From the NCBI GenBank assembly GCA_963806185.1, contig CAWDXE010000001.1:512001-576000 (forward strand): DNA of 64,000 nucleotides, in the 5' to 3' direction. Origin of the DNA: an uncultured candidate division Zixibacteria bacterium (GTDB taxonomy: Bacteria > Zixibacteria > MSB-5A5 > GN15 > FEB-12). The position numbers were made by a program, and so were the translations under genes. Below the pieces are notes generated by a model, which had not been told where the DNA came from, made no database searches, and saw nothing but the letters and a program-made list of their open reading frames with translations. How positions within the stretch are numbered: position 1 is the first letter of the stretch; every line of letters begins with the position of its first letter. Of the stretch, positions 51,665 to 60,809 are shown in pieces.

Positions 51665-54202
51665 TCACTCTACGATGACAATCTTGCCTTTTGTGTCCGA
51701 ACCTTCCAGATACCACAGATAGACTCCCGACGAAATGCGATTGCCGGACTCGTTCCGGCCATCCCAGACCAAGTCACCGCCGGCCACTGTCGGCCAGCGC
51801 CGAACGGTCTCGCCGCTCATGCTGGTTACCAGAAGACTTGAACCGTCCGGCAGCGAGACAAAAGTAACCTGTCCACCATCGTTAAGGTTCACCGGATTTG
51901 GATACAGGTAAACGGGTGTTCTGAGATCAAAATACATGGAGGGGGAATACTCGCGGCCGCTCATGCGGGCGCGCCAGTAATATCTTTTGCCACCCGTCAG
52001 CGGATCATCGGCCGTCCACGAAGTCAGAAGCTGACCCTCGGCGACCGGAGGCGAGGTAACGATTTCTGTTGAGAAGGTGGGTTCATCGGCAATGGAAAAC
52101 GTGTACGAGCGTGGGCCGGAGTCAGAGCAGACAGCGTTCTGCACGGTCAGCTCCGGCCTGGCCACGGCAACCAGTGATCCATTTGGTGGTCCGACCGGCT
52201 GCGGCACGCACGAATCGACCCCGGCAATGATCGTGATCCTGGCGTTCGACGTGGCAACGTTGGACAATGCCGACCAGTTGCCGGCATTGTCCGTGGATTT
52301 AAGAGCTATGTAATATTGCGCCCCCGGGGTGAGGTTGCGAAGGGCCATCGTTTCCGCACTTCCCGCGACCTTGGGCGCCGGCTCACCGGAAGCGGTGGAG
52401 TCCGACGACCAGTTAACCTCGGAAATGGCCGAACGCGAGTACCGGACATCGTAGGCGGCGACGCGGTTGCTGGCATCATCGGTCGGCGCCGTCCAGGTCA
52501 GCGTGATGGCACCATCCGTTTCGCCCGGCACGGCACCCAGGTCCTGCACGGAGGCAGGTGGGATGGTGTCGCTCGAGGTAGGCGCGGTGGTACCGGCGTT
52601 GGCCACGGTTGTATCACTCACCAGAACCCGCCACTCGGCGTTGCCGATACCGATGGTGGAATTGGTGTAGCGCGTCCAGGTAGCGTTGGGATTCAGTTCG
52701 AACCAAGTCCCCGTCGGCACCGCAACGGTTACGCGTGTCGAGGTAAGGTCGAAGTTGGCGCCGCGAGCATAACGACCGATGGCCAGCGTCTGGACTTGCG
52801 CAGTGTCGGTGGGCTTGCCCATAGTGACCTTGTGAACCGTGTACCCCTGTCCGGCGCCGTCGGTACCCTTCACACTGGAGTCACGAGAGGTCTTGGGGAT
52901 GCCAAAGTACTTGCCCCAGGCATAGCACCACATGGTGGTAGTATCGTAGGATTGGGGCGTACCACTGGCTACCGACCCGATCGTCTCGCGATTCATCTTG
53001 AAATCGACCTGACCGTTTTTGACACAGGGGGAGAACCAAACCTGGGTCGATCCGGGGTAGGTGGCATCAAGCATGAAACCGAGGCCGTTCATTTTGCTGC
53101 GATCATAGGACTTGCCCTGATCCAGATCATACTGACCCATGCGAATCCAACCGAGGAAGATATTGACTGCGGAATCCTTGACACTGTACACGGCCTTGAC
53201 GGCAGTGTTACAACTCGATTCGTATCCGTCGGCTCCCGGGTAAAAATAAGAATACTCGCCCATAACGTAGGCGCCGCAAAGGATGGAGGCGTGGCGGCCT
53301 TCGTTATCCCAGTTGGCGGGGTTATTGATCACCGGCACCGCGGCAAAGTTGGGGGCATAAAAGTAGCCGCGCGACTTGAGCATACTGCCGGCTGTGCCCA
53401 TCCAGCCGTCGCGGGCGCGTCGCAGGGAATCGCGAATGGCGACGATATTCATGGAACGCGGCCAACTGGGCAGGTAGTCATAGGGACCGCCCTTCAGCCA
53501 ATAATCGGAAGTCGTATCCTTGAAGGGGGCCTGGGTGCAGAAGTTGCCCGACACAGAATTGCCGGTGTAACCGATGATGAATTCTTCATCGACGAAGACA
53601 CCATCGTAACCCAGGGCTTCGATTTCACTGACCCATTTCTCGCCCAGATACTCACCCACACGCGGGTCGCGGAAATTCCAGAGAAGACGCGTCTGCGCGG
53701 CGGTGAAACCAGGGCCAAACATCGGGCTGTTGGGCGGTGTGGTCACCCACCGGCCGAAGCCGGTTGGATTGTTCGGATTAGAGCGACAGACAGCTGAATC
53801 GCCTGCGCCGGTCTTGGTGTGGAGCACGAGATCCCTGAAGTTGTATCCCTTTTGCGCGCACCAGCTGCGAATTGTCGACGTTTCAGTCGTGTCGACGAGA
53901 TACAGCGAATACACGAGCGCCTTCATCTCCGGGTTGAGATTACGCATGGATACGAGGTCCGAGGCGGACGATTCGCCCGAACCCATCGCAAAGGCATAGC
54001 GCTGAGCGTACCATTGCCGAATAGTCGGCGCGAGCGCCTGACCGGAAGATTGCCAAATTGTCGATCCGCCGTATGCATAGCATCCAATCCGCAACTGCTT
54101 GAGATACGGAGAAGGATTGGCGGCGCTGACCACTGAACCGAGCATCAGCACCAGGCTAATAGCGGTAAGGGTCAAGAGGGTTCTCTGACGCTTCATCATC
54201 AT
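51665..54202 (-). CDS. Secreted protein: putative glycoside-hydrolase-like barrel, FN3 domain, C-terminal T9SS-type/FlgD-Ig domain
   Basis: Signal peptide; YDGVFVDE; DTIPP..V.DL..LTWTAP..YDVRYS..D.AGNWS; YPNP...WDGRNESG..ISSGVY. Confidence 0.75.
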   Translation of the reverse strand: MMMKRQRTLLTLTAISLVLMLGSVVSAANPSPYLKQLRIGCYAYGGSTIWQSSGQALAPTIRQWYAQRYAFAMGSGESSASDLVSMRNLNPEMKALVYSLYLVDTTETSTIRSWCAQKGYNFRDLVLHTKTGAGDSAVCRSNPNNPTGFGRWVTTPPNSPMFGPGFTAAQTRLLWNFRDPRVGEYLGEKWVSEIEALGYDGVFVDEEFIIGYTGNSVSGNFCTQAPFKDTTSDYWLKGGPYDYLPSWPRSMNIVAIRDSLRRARDGWMGTAGSMLKSRGYFYAPNFAAVPVINNPANWDNEGRHASILCGAYVMGEYSYFYPGADGYESSCNTAVKAVYSVKDSAVNIFLGWIRMGQYDLDQGKSYDRSKMNGLGFMLDATYPGSTQVWFSPCVKNGQVDFKMNRETIGSVASGTPQSYDTTTMWCYAWGKYFGIPKTSRDSSVKGTDGAGQGYTVHKVTMGKPTDTAQVQTLAIGRYARGANFDLTSTRVTVAVPTGTWFELNPNATWTRYTNSTIGIGNAEWRVLVSDTTVANAGTTAPTSSDTIPPASVQDLGAVPGETDGAITLTWTAPTDDASNRVAAYDVRYSRSAISEVNWSSDSTASGEPAPKVAGSAETMALRNLTPGAQYYIALKSTDNAGNWSALSNVATSNARITIIAGVDSCVPQPVGPPNGSLVAVARPELTVQNAVCSDSGPRSYTFSIADEPTFSTEIVTSPPVAEGQLLTSWTADDPLTGGKRYYWRARMSGREYSPSMYFDLRTPVYLYPNPVNLNDGGQVTFVSLPDGSSLLVTSMSGETVRRWPTVAGGDLVWDGRNESGNRISSGVYLWYLEGSDTKGKIVIVE

Positions 54203-54256
54203 CGAGTACTCCTTGTCCTGCGTTCTTGCCTAACGAGTGAGCCACCGGAGTAAATG

Positions 54257-54273
54257 AGCAAGTCCCATTCCAA
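54257..54273 (-). promoter_or_regulatory. Candidate sigma54 promoter
   Basis: TTGGAATGGGACTTGCT (GG-N10-GC) about 55 nt upstream of ATG 54202. Confidence 0.5.
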
Positions 54274-54643
54274 CTGGGTGACGATTGCAGTAGCCCATAA
54301 ATTAGGTAAGTTGCTGGGTCAAAACAACTACAAATATCCGGGTTTGGTCTTCCCAGCTGTCCTTCATGCCTACGCATGCCCGGTAGTTCAGTTATCGACC
54401 AGCCGAAGCCCCTGCTTTACTGCTAAATTACGATGTATTCGCCAGGTACGCCGATTGAACAGCCGGCCGGCCAGTTGACCGGTACATGACCATTATACCG
54501 CGACTGGCCGGAGTCAGCGGCCAGAAAATTTAACGCAACCGGTCAATTTGGCATCGGAGCAGGGGTCAGCGCAGGCATGTCAGTAACGGCGATTAGTCGC
54601 CTGGATGAGACAAAATTGGACTCGAAAGGTCCATTGGAGCCGA

Positions 54644-54672
54644 GGAGGTCGCGCAAAATCTGCGCGACCTCC
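54644..54672 (-). terminator. Perfect hairpin after ABC operon (terminator or REP-like)
   Basis: 12-bp stem GGAGGTCGCGCA/TGCGCGACCTCC 4 nt after the stop; no U-tract. Confidence 0.55.
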
Positions 54673-54676
54673 CTGA

Positions 54677-56119
54677 TTAGCGGACGTCGTAGCGGGTGAA
54701 TCTCACGAAGGCGAGAGAAAACGCCCCCAGTATATACAGTCCGAGCAAGCCAAAATCGACGAGGGCATCCTTGAGCGCCGCGCCGAGCGGCATCACTGCG
54801 GACTGAAAGCGGGGCATGTCGCTCACATCCAGTACGCCGGCGGACCGGCCCTGGGTGATCTTCATCCCCTTCTCGCTGTCGAACATGATCATGAGTCGGC
54901 CGGCGTCGCCGTCGTTCGGGGCTTTTTCGTCTTTGTACCGGGTGATCTGTTCCCGATAGGTATCGATCGAATGTTCGTACCGTTCCTTGAGGGAGAGGCC
55001 GGTGCCGGCCAGGGTCATGGCCGCCAGCTGATATGATGATGACGGTGAGATGCGTGCCAGGCTGAGTGCCAATCGCTCTTGCGACTCTTTGCGACGGCGC
55101 AGGTCCTCGAAGAGTTCAGTCTCGTGAGCGTCAATCTCCGCTTCCGTGATTTTCCGCAGCGAATCCTGGCTTTCCAGGCGCGCCCATAACTGGTCGTCGG
55201 ATTTCTGCTCGTGATTGTCCCTGCTGTTTTCGAAAAGCTTCATTATATCGTCGTTGAACTTCTCCCAGCGATCTTTGGCGAAGGCCTCCTTCTGGCCGTC
55301 GATCTCAGCGATACTGGGCACATGCACCATTTGTGCGGCGGCCAGCGCGCCGGCACGGGGAATGATCAAGACGAACACAACCCAGAAGACGAGGGCCACG
55401 AGGAACGAGACGGAGGAATGTCGGGTCAGGGCTGAAACGCACACGCCCAGCACAATGAAGAATGTAAAGTAGAGAAGTGAAACGCCGAGGAGCAGGGCCA
55501 ACTGGGCCCAGTTGGTGACGGTCATCGGTACACCAGCCAGCATGACCATCAGCACGGCGATGAGGACGGCAATCGACATGGGCAGGACAAGTCCGAGCCA
55601 TGAGCCGACCGACTTCGCGATAATGTATTTCGCTCTCGGCACGGCGTGCGAGAATACCAGTTTGAGCGTGCCGAGTTCGCGCTCGCCGGAAATGGCGTCA
55701 AAGGTGAACAGGACGGCGAACAGGGAGAAGACGATTTGCACCACGAAAGCGAAATCGATCATGCGGAAGATCGCGAAGATGGGATCGTCACTGTACGGGC
55801 TCTGGTGAAGCCGGGAAACGGCTTCCTGCGACGGATCGGACCATCGGCCGATGTCCCAGGTCAGGCCGGAGACAAAGACCTGCATAGGGTCGGGCATGCG
55901 ATGGACGCGCGCCCGCAACTGGCTATACGAAGTTGATTCGCGCGTCTGCTGGTCGAAAAGTTTGAGCGACGATTCATACTGCGCCTTCGCCTCGTGATAC
56001 TCCTGTATGCCGATGCCGATTGAGAGCAGGAGGACGACCGTACAGACGGCAAAGGTGGCGATGAATTTGGGGCTCAGGAGAATGGCCTTCAGTTCTTTGG
56101 TAATCAATATATTCAGCAT
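54677..56119 (-). CDS. ABC-2 type transporter permease with large extracytoplasmic loops
   Basis: KELK, FDAISGERELGTLKLVFS, F.RYDVR end. Confidence 0.9.
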   Translation of the reverse strand: MLNILITKELKAILLSPKFIATFAVCTVVLLLSIGIGIQEYHEAKAQYESSLKLFDQQTRESTSYSQLRARVHRMPDPMQVFVSGLTWDIGRWSDPSQEAVSRLHQSPYSDDPIFAIFRMIDFAFVVQIVFSLFAVLFTFDAISGERELGTLKLVFSHAVPRAKYIIAKSVGSWLGLVLPMSIAVLIAVLMVMLAGVPMTVTNWAQLALLLGVSLLYFTFFIVLGVCVSALTRHSSVSFLVALVFWVVFVLIIPRAGALAAAQMVHVPSIAEIDGQKEAFAKDRWEKFNDDIMKLFENSRDNHEQKSDDQLWARLESQDSLRKITEAEIDAHETELFEDLRRRKESQERLALSLARISPSSSYQLAAMTLAGTGLSLKERYEHSIDTYREQITRYKDEKAPNDGDAGRLMIMFDSEKGMKITQGRSAGVLDVSDMPRFQSAVMPLGAALKDALVDFGLLGLYILGAFSLAFVRFTRYDVR

Positions 56120-56131
56120 ACTCACTCCATC

Positions 56132-57553
56132 TCAGCGCACATCATATCGCAAAAAGGAAAGGACCGCTCCGACAAAGCCGAGGAGCACGTAGAAGATCAG
56201 GAGGCCGACATTCGGAAGGGCGGAGTTGATCGCGCCGGCCGCCGTCACCGGGTTGTAAGTGAAGGCCGGCAATTCGGTGGGATCGATCGGCTTGGGCTTC
56301 TCTTGTTCCTCACCGTCGGTCACGGTTCTCATGCGAATGGTACGACCGCCCGGATTGACGCCTGTCTTCTCTTTGAGGAATGCCCCGAACTTGGTTTGAT
56401 AAGCGGTGGCCTGGCTCAGGTACGATTCGCGCAGGTCAAGATCGGTGCCGGCCAGGGACATCGAGGCGAGAGAGAAACAGGCGGTTGGGGATACACGGGC
56501 GATCGCAAAAGCGAGTCGCTTTTGTTCCAGCTGGCGGTTCTGCCGTTCTTCATTCAGTCGGCCGGCAAATTCGGCCTGCTTCTGATAGCGGACGTCGGAC
56601 AACGAATCCATAAACTTATTGAATTGCTCCATCATTTTATCCGGCGCCGTTCCGGGCGTGGTCTGGTAATTGCTGATGACGTCGCGATCTGACATCCACA
56701 GCTGCTGAGCAAAGCTGGCCTTCTTGGTGGAGAGTTCATCCACCTGCGGCACATTCACAAAGCGCCCGGCCACCAGCACGGAGGCGCGTGGTACGATCAG
56801 CACGCTGGCTATCCAGATGACCAGCATGTAGAGAAAGGACGTGGAGGATCGCTGGGTGAGCGCCGAGATGAAGACGGAGAGCGTCAGGAAGACGCCGACA
56901 TACAGCAGGCCGGTAAGGATGACTACGCCGAGCCGAGTCCAGTCACCGCCCGACAGGGGAGTGTTCATGATCAAGAGCACCAGCAGGCCTATGGCGACGG
57001 CGAGTAGAATCGGTACGGCTACAGCCAGGAAGCGCCCGACCAGTTTGGCAAGAATATAGACTGCCCGTGGAACGGCATTGGCAAACGACAATCGCAGCGT
57101 ACCCCTCTCCTTTTCCCCACTGATTGCGTCGTACCCCATCAGCACGGCGAAGAGCGACAGGATAACGCCAAAAATGAACTCGAGATCGAGAAAGCGAAAG
57201 ATGGCGAACATCGGATCCTCGCCGTAACGGCTATTGTCCGAAGTCAGTTCGCCTCTCCCTTTGACCGTGACGGTGCGACCGATGTCATTGGAAACTCCGG
57301 TCACCAGGGCGGCCAGCGGCTGCGGGGGAAGGAAGATGTTGTGATCGCCAACCCCAAACCAATCGGTGAGGCCGTCAAGCTGACGGAGCGTTTCCGCCTT
57401 GGCAGCTTCGTTCTGCGCGCGGTCCATTCTGAAATTGGCTGCCCCCGTGAAAAACGAAAGGATGATGAGTACGGCACAGACGGCAAACGAGATAGTGAAG
57501 GTGGGCGAGGTGAGGGTTTCGCGGAGTTCTTTTTCCAGCAGAGTAATAAACAT
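56132..57553 (-). CDS. ABC-2 type transporter permease (paralog of adjacent gene)
   Basis: KELR, YDAISGEKERGTLRLSFAN, FLRYDVR end. Confidence 0.9.
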   Translation of the reverse strand: MFITLLEKELRETLTSPTFTISFAVCAVLIILSFFTGAANFRMDRAQNEAAKAETLRQLDGLTDWFGVGDHNIFLPPQPLAALVTGVSNDIGRTVTVKGRGELTSDNSRYGEDPMFAIFRFLDLEFIFGVILSLFAVLMGYDAISGEKERGTLRLSFANAVPRAVYILAKLVGRFLAVAVPILLAVAIGLLVLLIMNTPLSGGDWTRLGVVILTGLLYVGVFLTLSVFISALTQRSSTSFLYMLVIWIASVLIVPRASVLVAGRFVNVPQVDELSTKKASFAQQLWMSDRDVISNYQTTPGTAPDKMMEQFNKFMDSLSDVRYQKQAEFAGRLNEERQNRQLEQKRLAFAIARVSPTACFSLASMSLAGTDLDLRESYLSQATAYQTKFGAFLKEKTGVNPGGRTIRMRTVTDGEEQEKPKPIDPTELPAFTYNPVTAAGAINSALPNVGLLIFYVLLGFVGAVLSFLRYDVR

Positions 57554-57561
57554 CGGTTACC

Positions 57562-58320
57562 TCACACCGCCACAGCCACGGAATGGCCGGACATGTATTG
57601 CATGTAGAGTTGTTCGAGATCGGTATTGGCCAGTTCCTGGGCCGGTCGCTGCATAACCAGTCGCCCCTGGTTCATGATGGCAATCGTATCGGCGACTTCA
57701 CGGGCACGAAAGATGTCATGGGTAGACATCAGGATCGCCTTTCCCTCGTCGCGCAGGGTCTCCAGCAGACGAAGGAATTCGTAGCCGGCCTGGGGATCGA
57801 GACCCGACGTCGGTTCGTCCAGAAGAATGGCGGGCGCATTTTTCAAAATGGCGATGGCAATACCGCACTTCTGGCGCATCCCTTTGGAGAATTCGCGCAG
57901 TTTCTTCCGGTGGGCCGCCTCGGAAAGCCCGACCCGTAGCAATACATCGCGATACATATCGCCAGAGACCTGTTTTCCACTCAAGCGAGTGAAGAAATCG
58001 AGATTCTGCAGGGCCGTGAAATTGCCGTAGAGAGTCACGTTTTCTGAGACATAGCTCAGAAACGGCTTCGCTCGTAAGGGTTCTTTATGCGTAACGATAC
58101 CGTTAACGCGGGCTTCACCCTCAGTCGGTTCGAGAAAATTGAGGAACAGGTTGATAGCGGTCGTCTTACCGGCGCCATTTCCACCCAGCATGGCGAAGAT
58201 CTGCCCCGCGTGGACGGCAAAGGCGACATGATCAAGAGCCAGGACCCCGTCGTCGTACCGTTTGGTCAGGTTTACCGCCTCGATCAACGGCGTGGCCGTC
58301 TCCATTGCTTGCATAGTCAT
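57562..58320 (-). CDS. ABC transporter ATP-binding protein
   Basis: GGNGAGKTT, FSKGMRQK, LLDEPTSGLDP, STH. Confidence 0.96.
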   Translation of the reverse strand: MTMQAMETATPLIEAVNLTKRYDDGVLALDHVAFAVHAGQIFAMLGGNGAGKTTAINLFLNFLEPTEGEARVNGIVTHKEPLRAKPFLSYVSENVTLYGNFTALQNLDFFTRLSGKQVSGDMYRDVLLRVGLSEAAHRKKLREFSKGMRQKCGIAIAILKNAPAILLDEPTSGLDPQAGYEFLRLLETLRDEGKAILMSTHDIFRAREVADTIAIMNQGRLVMQRPAQELANTDLEQLYMQYMSGHSVAVAV

Positions 58321-58347
58321 GATCGTCTCCTCACCAAAACCAATCGT

Positions 58348-59850
58348 TTATCGCTTTGACAGGCGCACGCCATAGACGACGATCGCCAGTACCAGTCCGA
58401 GAATGAGCAACACAACGAGCGACGTGCCCAAAAGATTGGCCTGCGGCTGCACCTCAACGGTGACGGTCTTGTCCTCGCCGATCACCGGAGTTCCGTTGGA
58501 CATCGCTGTGGTTCGCAGCCGCAGGTCGTATTTGCCGACCGCCACGTCAGACGGCGGAGTGAAAGTAAATCGCACGCGTTTCTCCTCGCCGATGTTGAGC
58601 GCGGCGACGAGCGGGGGATCGATCGTCTTCGACCAGTTCAACGGCAGATCGACGTCGACGACGATGTTGTCGAGGCGGTGAGTCCCCTCGTTCACCAGAT
58701 CGACCGCCATCTCGACGGTCTGGTCGTCTTTGATGGCATGATAGAGTTGATTGGAACGGACCAACAGCTTCCCCTTGCCGCGCGGCAGCAATTCGAGTTT
58801 GACAAAGCCGATATTCAAAGCAGAAAGCTCTCCCTCAGTCCATTGCCGGGCTGACAGGTCACCCACCTCGGCTGTCTTTTCCGGCGGCATCACGACCACA
58901 TAAAACGGAATCGGTTGATCGATCACGACGTCGCCGTTGGGTCTATCGGGAAGAGTAATCTCCAGGGCCGCCCGCTTGGTGCGTGTGCTCTCGGTGAACT
59001 TCACCTGACTCAGGCGCACCTGGCCGGCCGGATCCTTGAACACGCGGCTGATCTGGGTCGGGAGATTTGCGACGGCGAGACTGAAGGTGTTGCTGGTACC
59101 GCTAAAAAGTTCCAAAGTGAGATCGAACGAGGCGGTCTTGCCCAGATCGACCTCCTGCGAGAACTGCTCGGATCCAACCGCCACCTTGTTGCCCGCTGCG
59201 TCCTTTTGCAGAAAGATCCGCATGCTGCGCTGGCTGCCGTTGCTGTAGATCATGTAGACGGTCACCGCGTCAACATCCTGCAGGAGGGTAAAGTCGGTAC
59301 TCACCGGCTCGCCATAGCGAAGTTGGTCAATCTTGGTCTCGTACGGTTGGCTTATCACCGCATTGGCGTCATTCAGCAGCGAAACGTAAACATTGTTAAT
59401 GATGTCGGGCTGCAGAGATCGAAACAGTTGATCGTCGATATTGATTAGTTTGCGAAATTCCGCCGAGCCGCCTGACATGTTGGCGAGGGTCAACTTGACG
59501 TGCCGGCTGCCATCCTTGGCGTAGTATTTCATGGCCGATGAGACGGTGATATACTGTTGTTCAAATAGTACAGCCAGCAATGACTGCTGGTAATTCACCT
59601 CGGCATCCGAAAACGTCTGACGCGCGCGATCGAGAGCGGTCTCCGAGATCAGTTGCCGCTTGAACAGTTCCTGCTGGCGTTCCAGCTCCGCCTTGGCGAC
59701 ATCGTACGTTTCCTTCGCTCGTTTGAGCCCGAGAACGCGGTAGGTATCGTCACGCTGATTGAAGGCGGCGGTCGCCTGTGCCAGCAGGGTCGGCGGCACA
59801 AACAACGCCGCCGCCATCAGTATCGCTAAGCCAAAGAGCAGTTTACGCAC
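58348..59850 (-). CDS. Exported, C-terminally anchored Ig/NEW3-domain protein with N-terminal helical hairpin
   Basis: Signal peptide; LVNEG..RLDNI..DLPLNW...PP.DVAVGKY; C-terminal TM + basic tail; GTG start. Confidence 0.75.
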   Translation of the reverse strand: MRKLLFGLAILMAAALFVPPTLLAQATAAFNQRDDTYRVLGLKRAKETYDVAKAELERQQELFKRQLISETALDRARQTFSDAEVNYQQSLLAVLFEQQYITVSSAMKYYAKDGSRHVKLTLANMSGGSAEFRKLINIDDQLFRSLQPDIINNVYVSLLNDANAVISQPYETKIDQLRYGEPVSTDFTLLQDVDAVTVYMIYSNGSQRSMRIFLQKDAAGNKVAVGSEQFSQEVDLGKTASFDLTLELFSGTSNTFSLAVANLPTQISRVFKDPAGQVRLSQVKFTESTRTKRAALEITLPDRPNGDVVIDQPIPFYVVVMPPEKTAEVGDLSARQWTEGELSALNIGFVKLELLPRGKGKLLVRSNQLYHAIKDDQTVEMAVDLVNEGTHRLDNIVVDVDLPLNWSKTIDPPLVAALNIGEEKRVRFTFTPPSDVAVGKYDLRLRTTAMSNGTPVIGEDKTVTVEVQPQANLLGTSLVVLLILGLVLAIVVYGVRLSKR

Positions 59851-59853
59851 GGA

Positions 59854-60663
59854 TTACTTTCTGTTGACCTTAATTACGGCACCCGATGATTTTTTGGTCA
59901 CGATAATGGTGTGCTGCTTGCCGTCGCGCTCGACGATGAATTTCACGTCCTGGCCGTCGGCAATCTTCATCACGACTTCACCGGCAGCGGTGGCCGTGGT
60001 GATAGCCTTGTCGGCCACGGATATGACAATATCACCAGTTTTGAATTCTTTGGATCTGGGGTCGGCCTCGTCCAGATCAAGCTGGCCGGCGATGACAACC
60101 TTTCCCTTCTTATCGCCGAGAATAACGGCGGCACCGACGAGCGGGGTGAGGTTGTCGACGTCAGCTGGCGCGTCCAGCTTGCGGGTGAAGGTCATAGTCT
60201 GGGCGGCGGTATCTTCCCCGCCGTTCTGTCCGCCCATGATCATCATTTTGCGTTTTGGCAGGTCCTTTTCGTCGGCCTTCGGAAAGGTCACAATCATCAT
60301 TTTGTCGCCGCGCTTGATCCCGAGCTTGATCGCAACGCCGACCTTGGCGGCTTTGTACAGACTGTCAAGTTCCAGCGGCTTGGCCAGGCGTATGCCATTG
60401 GCCATGATGACCACGTCGCCCTCCTGCAGATCAATCGTACGATACGCGGCCGGACGGTGATCGCCGGGCGAAATTGCCATGACCTTCAGTGCCCCTTCTT
60501 CGCCAATGATTACCGCTCCCAGCTCCGGTAACATGCAGACGCCGTCTTCACCATTGACGACGATCTTTTTCATCACCTGGGCCGTCGCCGGCGGGCAGAT
60601 GGTCAGGACGAGAGACGTCACGATCACCGGAACAAGACCGACCAGATAAACATACTTGCTCAT
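59854..60663 (-). CDS. Exported tandem PDZ-like domain protein
   Basis: Signal peptide; LQEGDVVIMANG...IKRGDK and FKTGDIVISVAD...VERDGK; SD AAGGAG. Confidence 0.8.
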   Translation of the reverse strand: MSKYVYLVGLVPVIVTSLVLTICPPATAQVMKKIVVNGEDGVCMLPELGAVIIGEEGALKVMAISPGDHRPAAYRTIDLQEGDVVIMANGIRLAKPLELDSLYKAAKVGVAIKLGIKRGDKMMIVTFPKADEKDLPKRKMMIMGGQNGGEDTAAQTMTFTRKLDAPADVDNLTPLVGAAVILGDKKGKVVIAGQLDLDEADPRSKEFKTGDIVISVADKAITTATAAGEVVMKIADGQDVKFIVERDGKQHTIIVTKKSSGAVIKVNRK

Positions 60664-60735
60664 CACCATTCTCCTTATCAGCTTTGCGTAGCTCTGTCTA
60701 CGGACCAACATAGGCGGATGGTTGCGCGATGCCGA

Positions 60736-60770
60736 GTTAATCAGTGTTAGCGAACGTTAAGAAGTGTTAA
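60736..60770. promoter_or_regulatory. Four GTTAR direct repeats at 10-bp period; candidate response-regulator operator
   Basis: GTTAA 60736, GTTAG 60746, GTTAA 60756, GTTAA 60766 in divergent intergenic region. Confidence 0.75.
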
Positions 60771-60809
60771 GGGCGTGGCGTTTGCCCGCTCAATGCGTAT
60801 ATTCTTTGT

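Noticed and set aside
54608..54660. c-di-GMP-I riboswitch (GAAA-loop hairpin and GCAAA)
   Set aside because: Spacing does not fit, and it is on the opposite strand to the downstream gene
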